Origin: the human T2T-CHM13v2.0 reference genome, Homo sapiens
DNA length: 64,000 nt
Assembly: GCF_009914755.1 (NCBI RefSeq)
Contig: NC_060927.1
Reading direction: 5' to 3' (one strand)
In this document: positions 48,001 through 61,500 of the stretch, piece after piece
Numbering within the stretch: the stretch's first letter is position 1
Layout: the number at the start of each line of letters is the position of its first letter
The notes under the pieces: generated by a model
Database searches by the model: none
Told to the model about the DNA's origin: nothing
Seen by the model: the letters and a program-made list of their open reading frames with translations, nothing else
Translations under genes and position numbers: made by a program

Positions 48001-51000
48001 TATCAAAGTACCCAAAGCATGTATTACAAACTGTACATAAAATATGAAAGTCCATCAAATATATATTTTATTCTGTACATAGAATATCAAAGTACACCAG
48101 ATATATATTCTATAGTGAACATAAAATATCAAAGTACCCAAACTATACATTATATACTGTACATAAAATATGAAATTACATCAAATATATATTATATTAG
48201 GTACATAAAATATGAAAGTACATCAAATATAGATTATATACTTTACATTAAGTACCAAAGTACCCCAAATATATATTTTATACTGTACATGAAATATCAA
48301 AGTTCACAAACTATATATTATATACTGTACATAAAATATGAAAGTACCCAAGGTATATACTCTATACTGTACAAAAAATATCAAAGTACCCAAAGCATGT
48401 ATTATATACTGTACATAAAGTAAGAAAGTACATCAAATATATATTTTATTCTGTACATAAAATATCAAGGTACACCAGATATATATTCTATAGTGTACAT
48501 AAAATATCAAAGTACCCAAACTATAAATTATATACTGTACATAAAATATGAAATTACATCAAATATATATTATATTAGGTACATAAAATATGAAAGTACA
48601 TCAAATATAGATTATATACTCTACATTAAATACCAAAGTACCCCAAATATATGTTTTATACTGTACATGAAATATCAAAGTTCACAAAGTATATATTATA
48701 TACTGTACATAAAATATCAAAGTACCCAAGGTATATATTCTATACTGTACAAAAGATATCAAAGTACCCAAAGCATGTATTATATACTGTACATAAAATA
48801 TGAAAGTACATCATATATATATTTTATTCTGTACATAAAATATTAAAGTACGCCAGATATATATTCTATAGTGTACATAAAATATCAAAGTACCCAAACT
48901 ATACATTATATACTGTACATAAAATATGAAATTACATCAAATATATATTAAGTACATAAAATATGAAAGTACATCAAATATAGATTATATACTGTACATA
49001 AAATATCAATGTACACCAAATATATATTATATACTCTACATGAAATATCAAAGTTCACAAACTATATATTATATACTGTCCATAAAATATCAAAGTACCC
49101 AAGGTATATATTCTATACTGTACAAAAAATATCAAAGTAAACAAAGCATGTATTATATACTGTACCTAAAATATGAAATTACATCAAATATATATTTTAT
49201 TCTGTACATAAAATATCAAAGTACACCAGATATATATTCTATAGTGTATATAAAATATCAAAGTACCCAAACTATACATTATATACTGTACATAAAATAT
49301 GAAATTACATCAAATATATATTATATTAGGTACATAAAATATGAAAGTACATGAAGTATAGATTATATACTGTACATAAAATATCAAAGTACCCCAAATT
49401 TATATTATATACTATACATGAAATATCAAAGTTCACAAACTATATATTATATACTGTACATAAAATATCAAAGTACCCAAGGTATATATTCTATAGTGTA
49501 CAAAAAATATCAAAGTACGCAAAGCATGTATTATATACCGTACATAAAATATGAAATTACATCAAATATATATTTTATTCTGTACATAAAATATCAAAGT
49601 ACACCAGATATATATACTATAGTGTACATAAAATATCAAAGTACCCAAACTATACATTATACACTGCACATAAAATATGAAATTACATCAAATATATATT
49701 AGGTACATAAAATATGAAAGTACATCAAATATAGATTATATACTGTAAATATAATATCAATGTACCCCAAATATATATTTTATACTCTACATGAAATATC
49801 AAAGTTCACAAACCATATATTATATACTGTACATAAAATATCAAAGTACCCAAGGTATATATTCTATACTGTACAAAAAATATCAAAGTACCCAATGCAT
49901 GTATTATATACTGTACATAAAATATGAAAGTACATCAAATATATATTTTATTCTGTACATAAAATATCAAAGTACACCAGATATATATTCTATAGTGTAC
50001 ATAAAATATCAAAGTACCCAAACTATACATTATATACTGTACATAAAATATGAAATTACATCAAATATATATTATATTAGGTACATGAAATTTGAAAGTA
50101 CATCAAATATAGATTATATACTGTACATTAAATACCAAAGTACCCCAAATATATATTTTATACTGTACATGAAATATCAAAGTTCACAAACTATATATTA
50201 TATACTGTACATAAAATATCAATGTACCCAAGGTATATATTCTATACTGCACAAAAAATATCAAAGTACCCAAAGCACGTATTATATACTGTATATAAAA
50301 TATGAAAGTACATCAAATATATATTTTATTCTGTACATAAAATATCAAAGTACACCAGATATATATTCTATAGTGTACATAAAATAACAAAGTACACAAA
50401 CTATAAATTATATACTGTACATAAAATATGAAATTACATCAAATATATATTAGGCACATAAAATATGAAAGTACATCAAATATAGATTATATACTGTACA
50501 TATAATATCAATGTACCCGAAATATATATTTTATACTCTACATGAAATATCAAAGTGCACAAACCATATATTGTATACTGCACATAAAATATCAAAATAC
50601 CCAAGGTATATATTCTATACTGTACAAAAAATATCAAAGTACCCAAAGCAGGTATTATATACTGTAAATAAAATATGAAAGTACATCAAATATATATTTT
50701 ATTCTGTACATAAAATATCAAAGTACACCAGATATATATTCTATAGCGTACATAAAATATCAAAGTACACAAACTGTACATTATACACTGTACATAAAAT
50801 ATGAAATTACATCAAATATATATTAGGTACATAAAATATGAAAGTACATCAAATATAGATTATATACTGTAAATATAATATCAATGTACCCCAAATATAT
50901 ATTTTATACTCTATATGAAATATCAAAGTTCACAAACCATATATTATATACTGTACATAAAATATCAAAGTACCAAAGGTATATATTCTATACTGTACAA

Positions 51001-54000
51001 AAAATATCAAAGTACCCAAAGCATGTATTATATACTGTACATAAAATATGAAAGTACATCAAATATATATTTTATTCTGTACATAAAATATCAAAGTACA
51101 CCAGATATATATTCTATAGTGTACATAAAATATCAAAGTACCCAAACTATACATTATATACTGTACATAAAATATGAAATTACATCAAATATATATTATA
51201 TTAGGTACATGAAATATGAAAGTACATCAAATATAGATTATATACTGTACATAAAATATGAAAGTACCCCAAATATATATTATATACTCTACATGAAATA
51301 TCAAAGTTCACAAACTATATATTATATACTGTACATAAAATATCAAAGTACCCAAGGTATATATTCTATACTGTACAAAAAATATCAAAGTATCCAAAGC
51401 AGGTATTATATACTGTATATAAAATATGAAAGTACATCAAATATATATTTTATTCTGTACATAAAATATCAAAGTACACCAGATATATATTCTATAGTGT
51501 ACATAAAATATCAAGGTACCCAAACTATATATTATATACTGTACATAAAATATGAAATTACAGCAAATATATATTATATTAGGTACATAAAATATGAAAG
51601 TACATCAAATATAGATTATATACTGTACATTAAATACCAAAGTACCCCAAATATATATTTTATACTGTACATGAAATATCAAAGTTCACAAACTATATAT
51701 TATATACTGTACATAAAATATCAATGTACCCAAGGTATATATTCTATACTGCACAAAAAATATCAAAGTACCCAAAGCATGTATTATATACTGTATATAA
51801 AATATGAAAGTACATCAAATATATATTTTATTCTGTACATAAAATAACAAAGTACACCAGATATATATTCTATAGTGTACATAAAATATCAAAGTACCCA
51901 AACTATACATTATATACTGTACATAAATATGAAATTACATCAAATATATATTATATTAGGTACATAAAATATGAAAGTACATGAAGTATAGATTATATAC
52001 TGTAGATAAAATATCAAAGTACCCCAAATTTATATTATATACTATACATGAAATATCAAAGTTCACAAACTATATATTATATACTGTACATAAAATATCA
52101 AAGTACCCAAGGTATATATTCTATAGTGTACAAAAAATATCAAAGTACCCAAAGCATGTATTATATACCGTACATAAAATATAAAATTACATCAAATATA
52201 TATTTTATTCTGTACATAAAATATCAAAGTACACCAGATATATATACTATAGTGTACATAAAATATCAAAGTACCCAAACTATACATTATACACTGTACA
52301 TAAAATATGAAATTACATCAAATATATATTAGGTACATAAAATATGAAAGTACATCAAATATAGATTATATACTGTAAATATAATATCAATGTACCCCAA
52401 ATATATATTTTATACTCTACATGAAATATCAAAGTTCACAAACCATATATTATATACTGTACATAAAATATCAAAGTACCCAAGGTATATATTCTATACT
52501 GTGCAAAAAATATCAAAGTACCCAAAGCATGTATTATATACTGTATATAAAATATGAAAGTACATCAAATATATATTTTATTCTGTACATAAAATGTCAA
52601 AGTACACCAGATATATATTCTATAGTGTACATAAAATATCAAAGTACCCAAACTATACATTATATACTGTACATAAAATATGAAATTACATCAAATATAT
52701 ATTAAGTACATAAAATATGAAAGTACATCAAATATAGATTATATAGTGTACATAAAATATCAATGTACACCAAATATATATTATATACTCTACAAGAAAT
52801 ATCAAAGTTCACAAACTATATATTATATACTGTCCATAAAATATCAAAGTACCCAAGGTATATATTTTATACTGTACAAAAAATATCAAAGTACCCAAAG
52901 CATGTATTATATACTATACCTAAAATATGAAAGTACATCAATTATATATTTTATTCTGTACATAAAATAACAAAGTACACCAGATATATATTCTACAGTG
53001 TATATAAAATATCAAAGTACCCAAACTATACATTATATACTGTACATAAAATATGAAATTACATCAAATATATATTATATTAGGTACATAAAATATGAAA
53101 GTACATGAAGTATAGATTATATACTGTACATAAAATATCAAAGTACCCCAAATTTATATTATATACTATACATGAAATATCAAAGTTCACAAACTATATA
53201 TTATATACTGTACATAAAATATCAAAGTACCCAAGGTATATATTCTATAGTGTACAAAAAATATCAAAGTACCCAAAGCATGTATTATATACCGTACGTA
53301 AAATATAAAATTACATCAAATATATATTTTATTCTGTACATAAAATATCAAAGTACACCAGATATATATACTATAGTGTACATAAAATATCAAAGTACCC
53401 AAACTATACATTATACACTGCACATAAAATATGAAATTACATCAAATATATATTAGGTACATAAAATATGAAAGTACATCAAATATAGATTATATACTGT
53501 AAATATAATATCAATGTACCCCAAATATATATTTTATACTCTACATGAAATATCAAAGTTCACAAACCATATATTATATACTGTAAATAAAATATCAAAG
53601 TACCCAAGGTATATATTCTATACTGTACAAAAAATATCAAAGTACCCAAAGCATGTATTATATACTGTACATAAAATATGAAAGTACATCAAATATATAT
53701 TTTATTCTGTACATAAAATATCAAAGTACACCAGATATATATTCTATAGTGTACATAAAATAACAAAGTACACAAACTATAAATTATATCCTGTACATAA
53801 AATATGAAATTACATCAAATATATATTAGGTACATAAAATATGAAAGTACATCAAATATAGATTATATACTGTACATTAAGTACCAAAGTACACCAAATA
53901 TATATTTTATTCTGTACATAAAATATCAAAGTACACCAGATATATATTCTATAGTGTACATAAAATATCAAAGTACCCAAACTATACATTATATACTGTA

Positions 54001-55059
54001 CATAAAATATGAAATTACATCAAATATATATTATATTAGGTAAATGAAATATGAAAGTACATCAAATATAGATTATATACTGTACATAAAATATGAAAGT
54101 ACCCCAAATATATATTATATACTCTACATGAAATATCAAAGTTCACAAACTATATATTATATACTGTACATAAAATATCAAAGTACCCAAGGTATATATT
54201 CTATACTGTACAAAAAATATCAAAGTATCCAAAGCATGTATTATATACTGTATATAAAATATGAAAGTACATCAAATATATATTTTATTCTGTACATAAA
54301 ATATCAAAGTACACCAGATATATATTCTATAGTGTACATAAAATATCAAAGTACCCAAACTATACATTATATACTGTACATAAAATATGAAATTACAGCA
54401 AATATATATTATATTAGGTACATAAAATATGAAAGTACATCAAATATAGATTATATACTCTACATTAAATACCAAAGTACCCCAAATATATATTTTATAC
54501 TGTACATGAAATATCAAAGTTCACAAACTATATATTATATACTGTACATAAAATATCAATGTACCCAAGGTATATATTCTATACTGCACAAAAAATATCA
54601 AAGTACCCAAAGCATGTATTATATACTGTATATAAAATAGGAAAGTACATCAAATATATATTTTATTCTGTACATAAAATATCAAAGTACACCAGATATA
54701 TATTCTATAGTGTACATAAAATATCAAAGTACCCAAACTATACATTATATACTGTACATAAAATATGAAATTACATCAAATATATATTATATTAGGTACA
54801 TAAAATACGAAAGTACATCAAATATAGATTATATACTGTACATAAAATATGAAAGTACCCCAATATATATTATATACTCTACATGAAATATCAAAGTTCA
54901 CAAACTATATATTATGTACTGTACATAAAATATCAAACTACCCAAGGTATATATTCTATACTGTACAAAAAATATCAAAGTACCCAAAGCATGTATTATA
55001 TAATGTACATAAAATATGAAAGTACATCAAATATATATTTTATTCTGTACATAAAATAT

Positions 55060-58000
55060 CAAAGAACACCAGATATATATTCTATAGTGTACATAAAATA
55101 TCAAAGTACCCAAACTATACATTATATACTGTACATAAAATATGAAATTACAGCAAATATATATTATATTAGGTACATAAAATATGAAAGTACATCAAAT
55201 ATAGATTATATACTGTACATTAAATACCAAAGTACCCCAAATATATATTTTATACTGTACATGAAATATCAAAGTTCACAAACTATATATTATATACTGT
55301 ACATAAAATATCAATGTACCCAAGGTATATATTCTATACTGCACAAAAAATATCAAAGTACCCAAAGCATGTATTATATACTGTATATAAAATATGAAAG
55401 TACATCAAATATATATTTTATTCTGTACATAAAATATCAAAGTACACCAGATATATATTCTATAGTGTACATAAAATAACAAAGTACACAAACTATAAAT
55501 TATATCCTGTACATAAAATATGAAATTACATCAAATATATATTAGGTACATAAAATATGAAAGTACATCAAATATAGATTATATACTGTACATTAAGTAC
55601 AAAAGTACACCAAATATATATTTTATTCTGTACATAAAATATCAAAGTACACCAGATATATATTCTATAGTGTACATAAAATATCAAAGTACCCAAACTA
55701 TACATTATATACTGTACATAAAATATGAAATTACATCAAATATATATTATATTAGGTAAATGAAATATGAAAGTACAACAAATATAGATTATATACTGTA
55801 CATAAAATATGAAAGTACCCCAAATATATATTATATACTCTACATGAAATATCAAAGTTCACAAACTATATATTATATACTGTACATAAAATATCAAAGT
55901 ACCCAAGGTATATATTCTATACTGTACAAAAAATATCAAAGTATCCAAAGCATGTATTATATACTGTATATAAAATATGAAAGTACATCAAATATATATT
56001 TTATTCTGTACATAAAATATCAAAGTACACCAGATATATATTCTATAGTGTACATAAAATATCAAAGTACCCAAACTATACATTATATACTGTACATAAA
56101 ATATGAAATTACAGCAAATATATATTATATTAGGTACATAAAATATGAAAGAACATCAAATATAGATTATATAGTCTACATTAAATACCAAAGTACCCCA
56201 AATATATATTTTATACTGTACATGAAATATCAAAGTTCACAAACTATATATTATATACTGTACATAAAATATCAATGTACCCAAGGTATATATTCTATAC
56301 TGCACAAAAAATATCAAAGTACCCAAAGCATGTATTATATACTGTATATAAAATATGAAAGTACATCAAATATATATTTTATTCTGTACATAAAATATCA
56401 AAGTACACCAGATATATATTCTATAGTGTACATAAAATATCAAAGTACCCAAACTATACATTATATACTGTACATAAAGTATGAAATTACATCAAATATA
56501 TATTATATTAGGTACATAAAATACGAAAGTACATCAAATATAGATTATATACTGTACATAAAATATGAAAGTACCCCAATATATATTATATACTCTACAT
56601 GAAATATCAAAGTTCACAAACTATATATTATGTACTGTACATAAAATATCAAACTACCCAAGGTATATATTCTATACTGTACAAAAAATATCAAAGTACC
56701 CAAAGCATGTATTATATAATGTACATAAAATATGAAAGTACATCAAATATATATTTTATTCTGTACATAAAATATCAAAGAACACCAGATATATATTCTA
56801 TAGTGTACATAAAATATCAAAGTACCCAAACTATACATTATATACTGTACATAAAATATGAAATTACATCATATATATATTAGGTACATAAAATATGAAA
56901 GTACATCAAATATATATTTTATTCTGTACATAAAATATCAAAGTACACCAGATATATATTCTATAGTGTACATAAAATAACAAAGTACACAAACTATAAA
57001 ATATATACTGTACATAAAATATGAAATTACATCAAATATATATTAGGTACATAAAATATGAAAGTACATCAAATATAGATTATATACTGTACATTAAGTA
57101 CCAAAGTACACCAAATATATATTTTATTCTGTACATAAAATATCAAAGTACACCAGATATATATTCTATAGTGTACATAAAATATCAAAGTACCCAAACT
57201 ATACATTATATACTGTACATAAAATATGAAATTACATCAAATATATATTATATTAGGTAAATGAAATATGAAAGTACAACAAATATAGATTATATACTGT
57301 ACATAAAATATGAAAGTACCCCAAATATATATTATATACTCTACATGAAATATCAAAGTTCACAAACTATATATTATGTACTGTACATAAAATATCAAAG
57401 TACCCAAGGTATATATTCTATACTGTACAAAAAATATCAAAGTATCCAAAGCATGTATTATATACTGTATATAAAATATGAAAGTACATCAAATATATAT
57501 TTTATTCTGTACATAAAATATCAAAGTACACCAGATATATATTCTATAGTGTACATAAAATATCAAAGTACCCAAACTATACATTATATACTGTACATAA
57601 AATATGAAATTACAGCAAATATATATTATATTAGGTACGTAAAATATGAAAGTACATCAAATATAGATTATATACTCTACATTAAATACCAAAGTACCCC
57701 AAATATATATTTTATACTGTACATGAAATATCAAAGTTCACAAACTATATATTATATACTGTACATAAAATATCAATGTACCCAAGGTATATATTCTATA
57801 CTGCACAAAAAATATCAAAGTACCCAAAGCATGTATTATATACTGTATATAAAATATGAAAGTACATCAAATATATATTTTATTCTGTACATAAAATATC
57901 AAAGAACACCAGATATATATTCTATAGTGTACATAAAATATCAAAGTACCCAAACTATACATTATATACTGTACATAAAATATGAAATTACAGCAAATAT

Positions 58001-59900
58001 ATATTATATTAGGTACATAAAATATGAAAGTACATCAAATATAGATTATATACTGTACATTAAATACCAAAGTACCCCAAATATATATTTTATACTGTAC
58101 ATGAAATATCAAAGTTCACAAACTATATATTATATACTGTACATAAAATATCAATGTACCCAAGGTATATATTCTATACTGCACAAAAAATATCAAAGTA
58201 CCCAAAGCATGTATTATATACTGTATATAAAATATGAAAGTACATCAAATATATATTTTATTCTGTACATAAAATATCAAAGTACACCAGATATATATTC
58301 TATAGTGTACATAAAATAACAAAGTACACAAACTATAAATTATATCCTGTACATAAAATATGAAATTACATCAAATATATATTAGGTACATAAAATATGA
58401 AAGTACATCAAATATAGATTATATACTGTACATTAAGTACCAAAGTACACCAAATATATATTTTATTCTGTACATAAAATATCAAAGTACACCAGATATA
58501 TATTCTATAGTGTACATAAAATATCAAAGTACCCAAACTATACATTATATACTGTACATAAAATATGAAATTACATCAAATATATATTATATTAGGTAAA
58601 TGAAATATGAAAGTACAACAAATATAGATTATATACTGTACATAAAATATGAAAGTACCCCAAATATATATTATATACTCTACATGAAATATCAAAGTTC
58701 ACAAACTATATATTATATACTGTACATAAAATATCAAAGTACCCAAGGTATATATTCTATACTGTACAAAAAATATCAAAGTATCCAAAGCATGTATTAT
58801 ATACTGTATATAAAATATGAAAGTACATCAAATATATATTTTATTCTGTACATAAAATATCAAAGTACACCAGATATATATTCTATAGTGTACATAAAAT
58901 ATCAAAGTACCCAAACTATACATTATATACTGTACATAAAATATGAAATTACAGCAAATATATATTATATTAGGTACATAAAATATGAAAGTACATCAAA
59001 TATAGATTATATACTCTACATTAAATACCAAAGTACCCCAAATATATATTTTATACTGTACATGAAATATCAAAGTTCACAAACTATATATTATATACTG
59101 TACATAAAATATCAATGTACCCAAGGTATATATTCTATACTGCACAAAAAATATCAAAGTACCCAAAGCATGTATTATATACTGTATATAAAATATGAAA
59201 GTACATCAAATATATATTTTATTCTGTACATAAAATATCAAAGTACACCAGATATATATTCTATAGTGTACATAAAATATCAAAGTACCCAAACTATACA
59301 TTATATACTGTACATAAAATATGAAATTACATCAAATATATATTATATTAGGTACATAAAATACGAAAGTATATCAAATATAGATTATATACTGTACATA
59401 AAATATGAAAGTACCCCAATATATATTATATACTCTACATGAAATATCAAAGTTCACAAACTATATATTATGTACTGTACATAAAATATCAAACTACCCA
59501 AGGTATATATTCTATACTGTACAAAAAATATCAAAGTACCCAAAGGATGTATTATATAATGTACATAAAATATGAAAGTACATCAAATATATATTTTATT
59601 CTGTACATAAAATATCAAAGAACACCAGATATATATTCTATAGTGTACATAAAATATCAAAGTACCCAAACTATACATTATATACTGTACATAAAATATG
59701 AAATTACATCATATATATATTAGGTACATAAAATATGAAAGTACATCAAATATATATTTTATTCTGTACATAAAATATCAAAGTACACCAGATATATATT
59801 CTATAGTGTACATAAAATAACAAAGTACACAAACTATAAAATATATACTGTACATAAAATATGAAATTACATCAAATATATATTAGGTACATAAAATATG
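55060..59900 (+). repeat. Local duplication at offset 2840 with a third partial copy; ends approximate
   Basis: ORF pairs 55520/58360, 55760/58600 and 56599/59439. The variant gtacaacaaat (STTN in the ORF track) appears only in the units at 55760, 57261 and 58600. Confidence 0.85.
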
Positions 59901-60519
59901 AAAGTACATCAAATATAGATTATATACTGTACATATAATATCAATGTACCCGAAATATATATTTTATACTCTACATGAAATATCAAAGTTCACAAACCAT
60001 ATATTGTATACTGCACATAAAATATCAAAATACACAAGGTATATATTCTATACTGTACAAAAAATATCAAAGTACCCAAAGCAGGTATTATATACTGTAT
60101 ATAAAATATGAAAGTACATCAAATATATATTTTATTCTGTACATAAAATATCAAAGTACACCAGATATATATTCTATAGTGTACATAAAATATCAAGGTA
60201 CCCAAACTATATATTATATACTGTACATAAAATATGAAATTACAGCAAATATATATTATATTAGGTACATAAAATATGAAAGTACATCAAATATAGATTA
60301 TATACTGTACATTAAATACCAAAGTACCCCAAATATATATTTTATACTGTACATGAAATATCAAAGTTCACAAACTATATATTATATACTGTACATAAAA
60401 TATCAATGTACCCAAGGTATATATTCTATACTGCACAAAAAATATCAAAGTACCCAAAGCATGTATTATATACTGTATATAAAATATGAAAGTACATCAA
60501 ATATATATTTTATTCTGTA

Positions 60520-61500
60520 CATAAAATGTCAAAGAACACCAGATATATATTCTATAGTGTACATAAAATATCAAAGTACCCAAACTATACATTATATACT
60601 GTACATAAAATATGAAATTACATCAAATATATATTAAGTACATAAAATATGAAAGTACATCAAATATAGATTATATAGTGTACATAAAATATCAACGTAC
60701 ACCAAATATATATTATATACTCTACATGAAATATCAAAGTTCACAAACTATATATTATATACTGTCCATAAAATATCAAAGTACCCAAGGTATATATTTT
60801 ATACTGTACAAAAAATATCAAAGTACCCAAAGCATGTATTATATACTATACCTAAAATATGAAAGTACATCAAATATATATTTTATTCTGTACATAAAAT
60901 ATCAAAGTACACCAGATATATATTCTACAGTGTATATAAAATATCAAAGTACCCAAACTATACATTATATACTGTACATAAAATATGAAATTACATCAAA
61001 TATATATTTTATTCTGTACATAAAATGTCAAAGTACACCAGATATATATTCTATAGTGTACATAAAATATCAAAGTACCCAAACTATACATTATATACTG
61101 TACATAAAATATGAAATTACATCAAATATATATTAAGTACATAAAATATGAAAGTACATCAAATATAGATTATATAGTGTACATAAAATATCAATGTACA
61201 CCAAATATATATTATATACTCTACATGAAATATCAAAGTTCACAAACTATATATTATATACTGTCCATAAAATATCAAAGTACCCAAGGTATATATTTTA
61301 TACTGTACAAAAAATATCAAAGTACCCAAAGCATGTATTATATACTATACCTAAAATATGAAAGTACATCAAATATATATTTTATTCTGTACATAAAATA
61401 TCAAAGTACACCAGATATATATTCTACAGTGTATATAAAATATCAAAGTACCCAAACTATACATTATATACTGTACATAAAATATGAAATTACATCAAAT
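60520..61500 (+). repeat. 499-bp (12 monomers minus 5 bp) tandem duplication; ends approximate
   Basis: ORFs 60612 and 61111 are nearly identical at offset 499. The junction near 60980-61020 is an M7/M4 hybrid, gaaattacatcaaatatatattttattctg. Confidence 0.85.
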
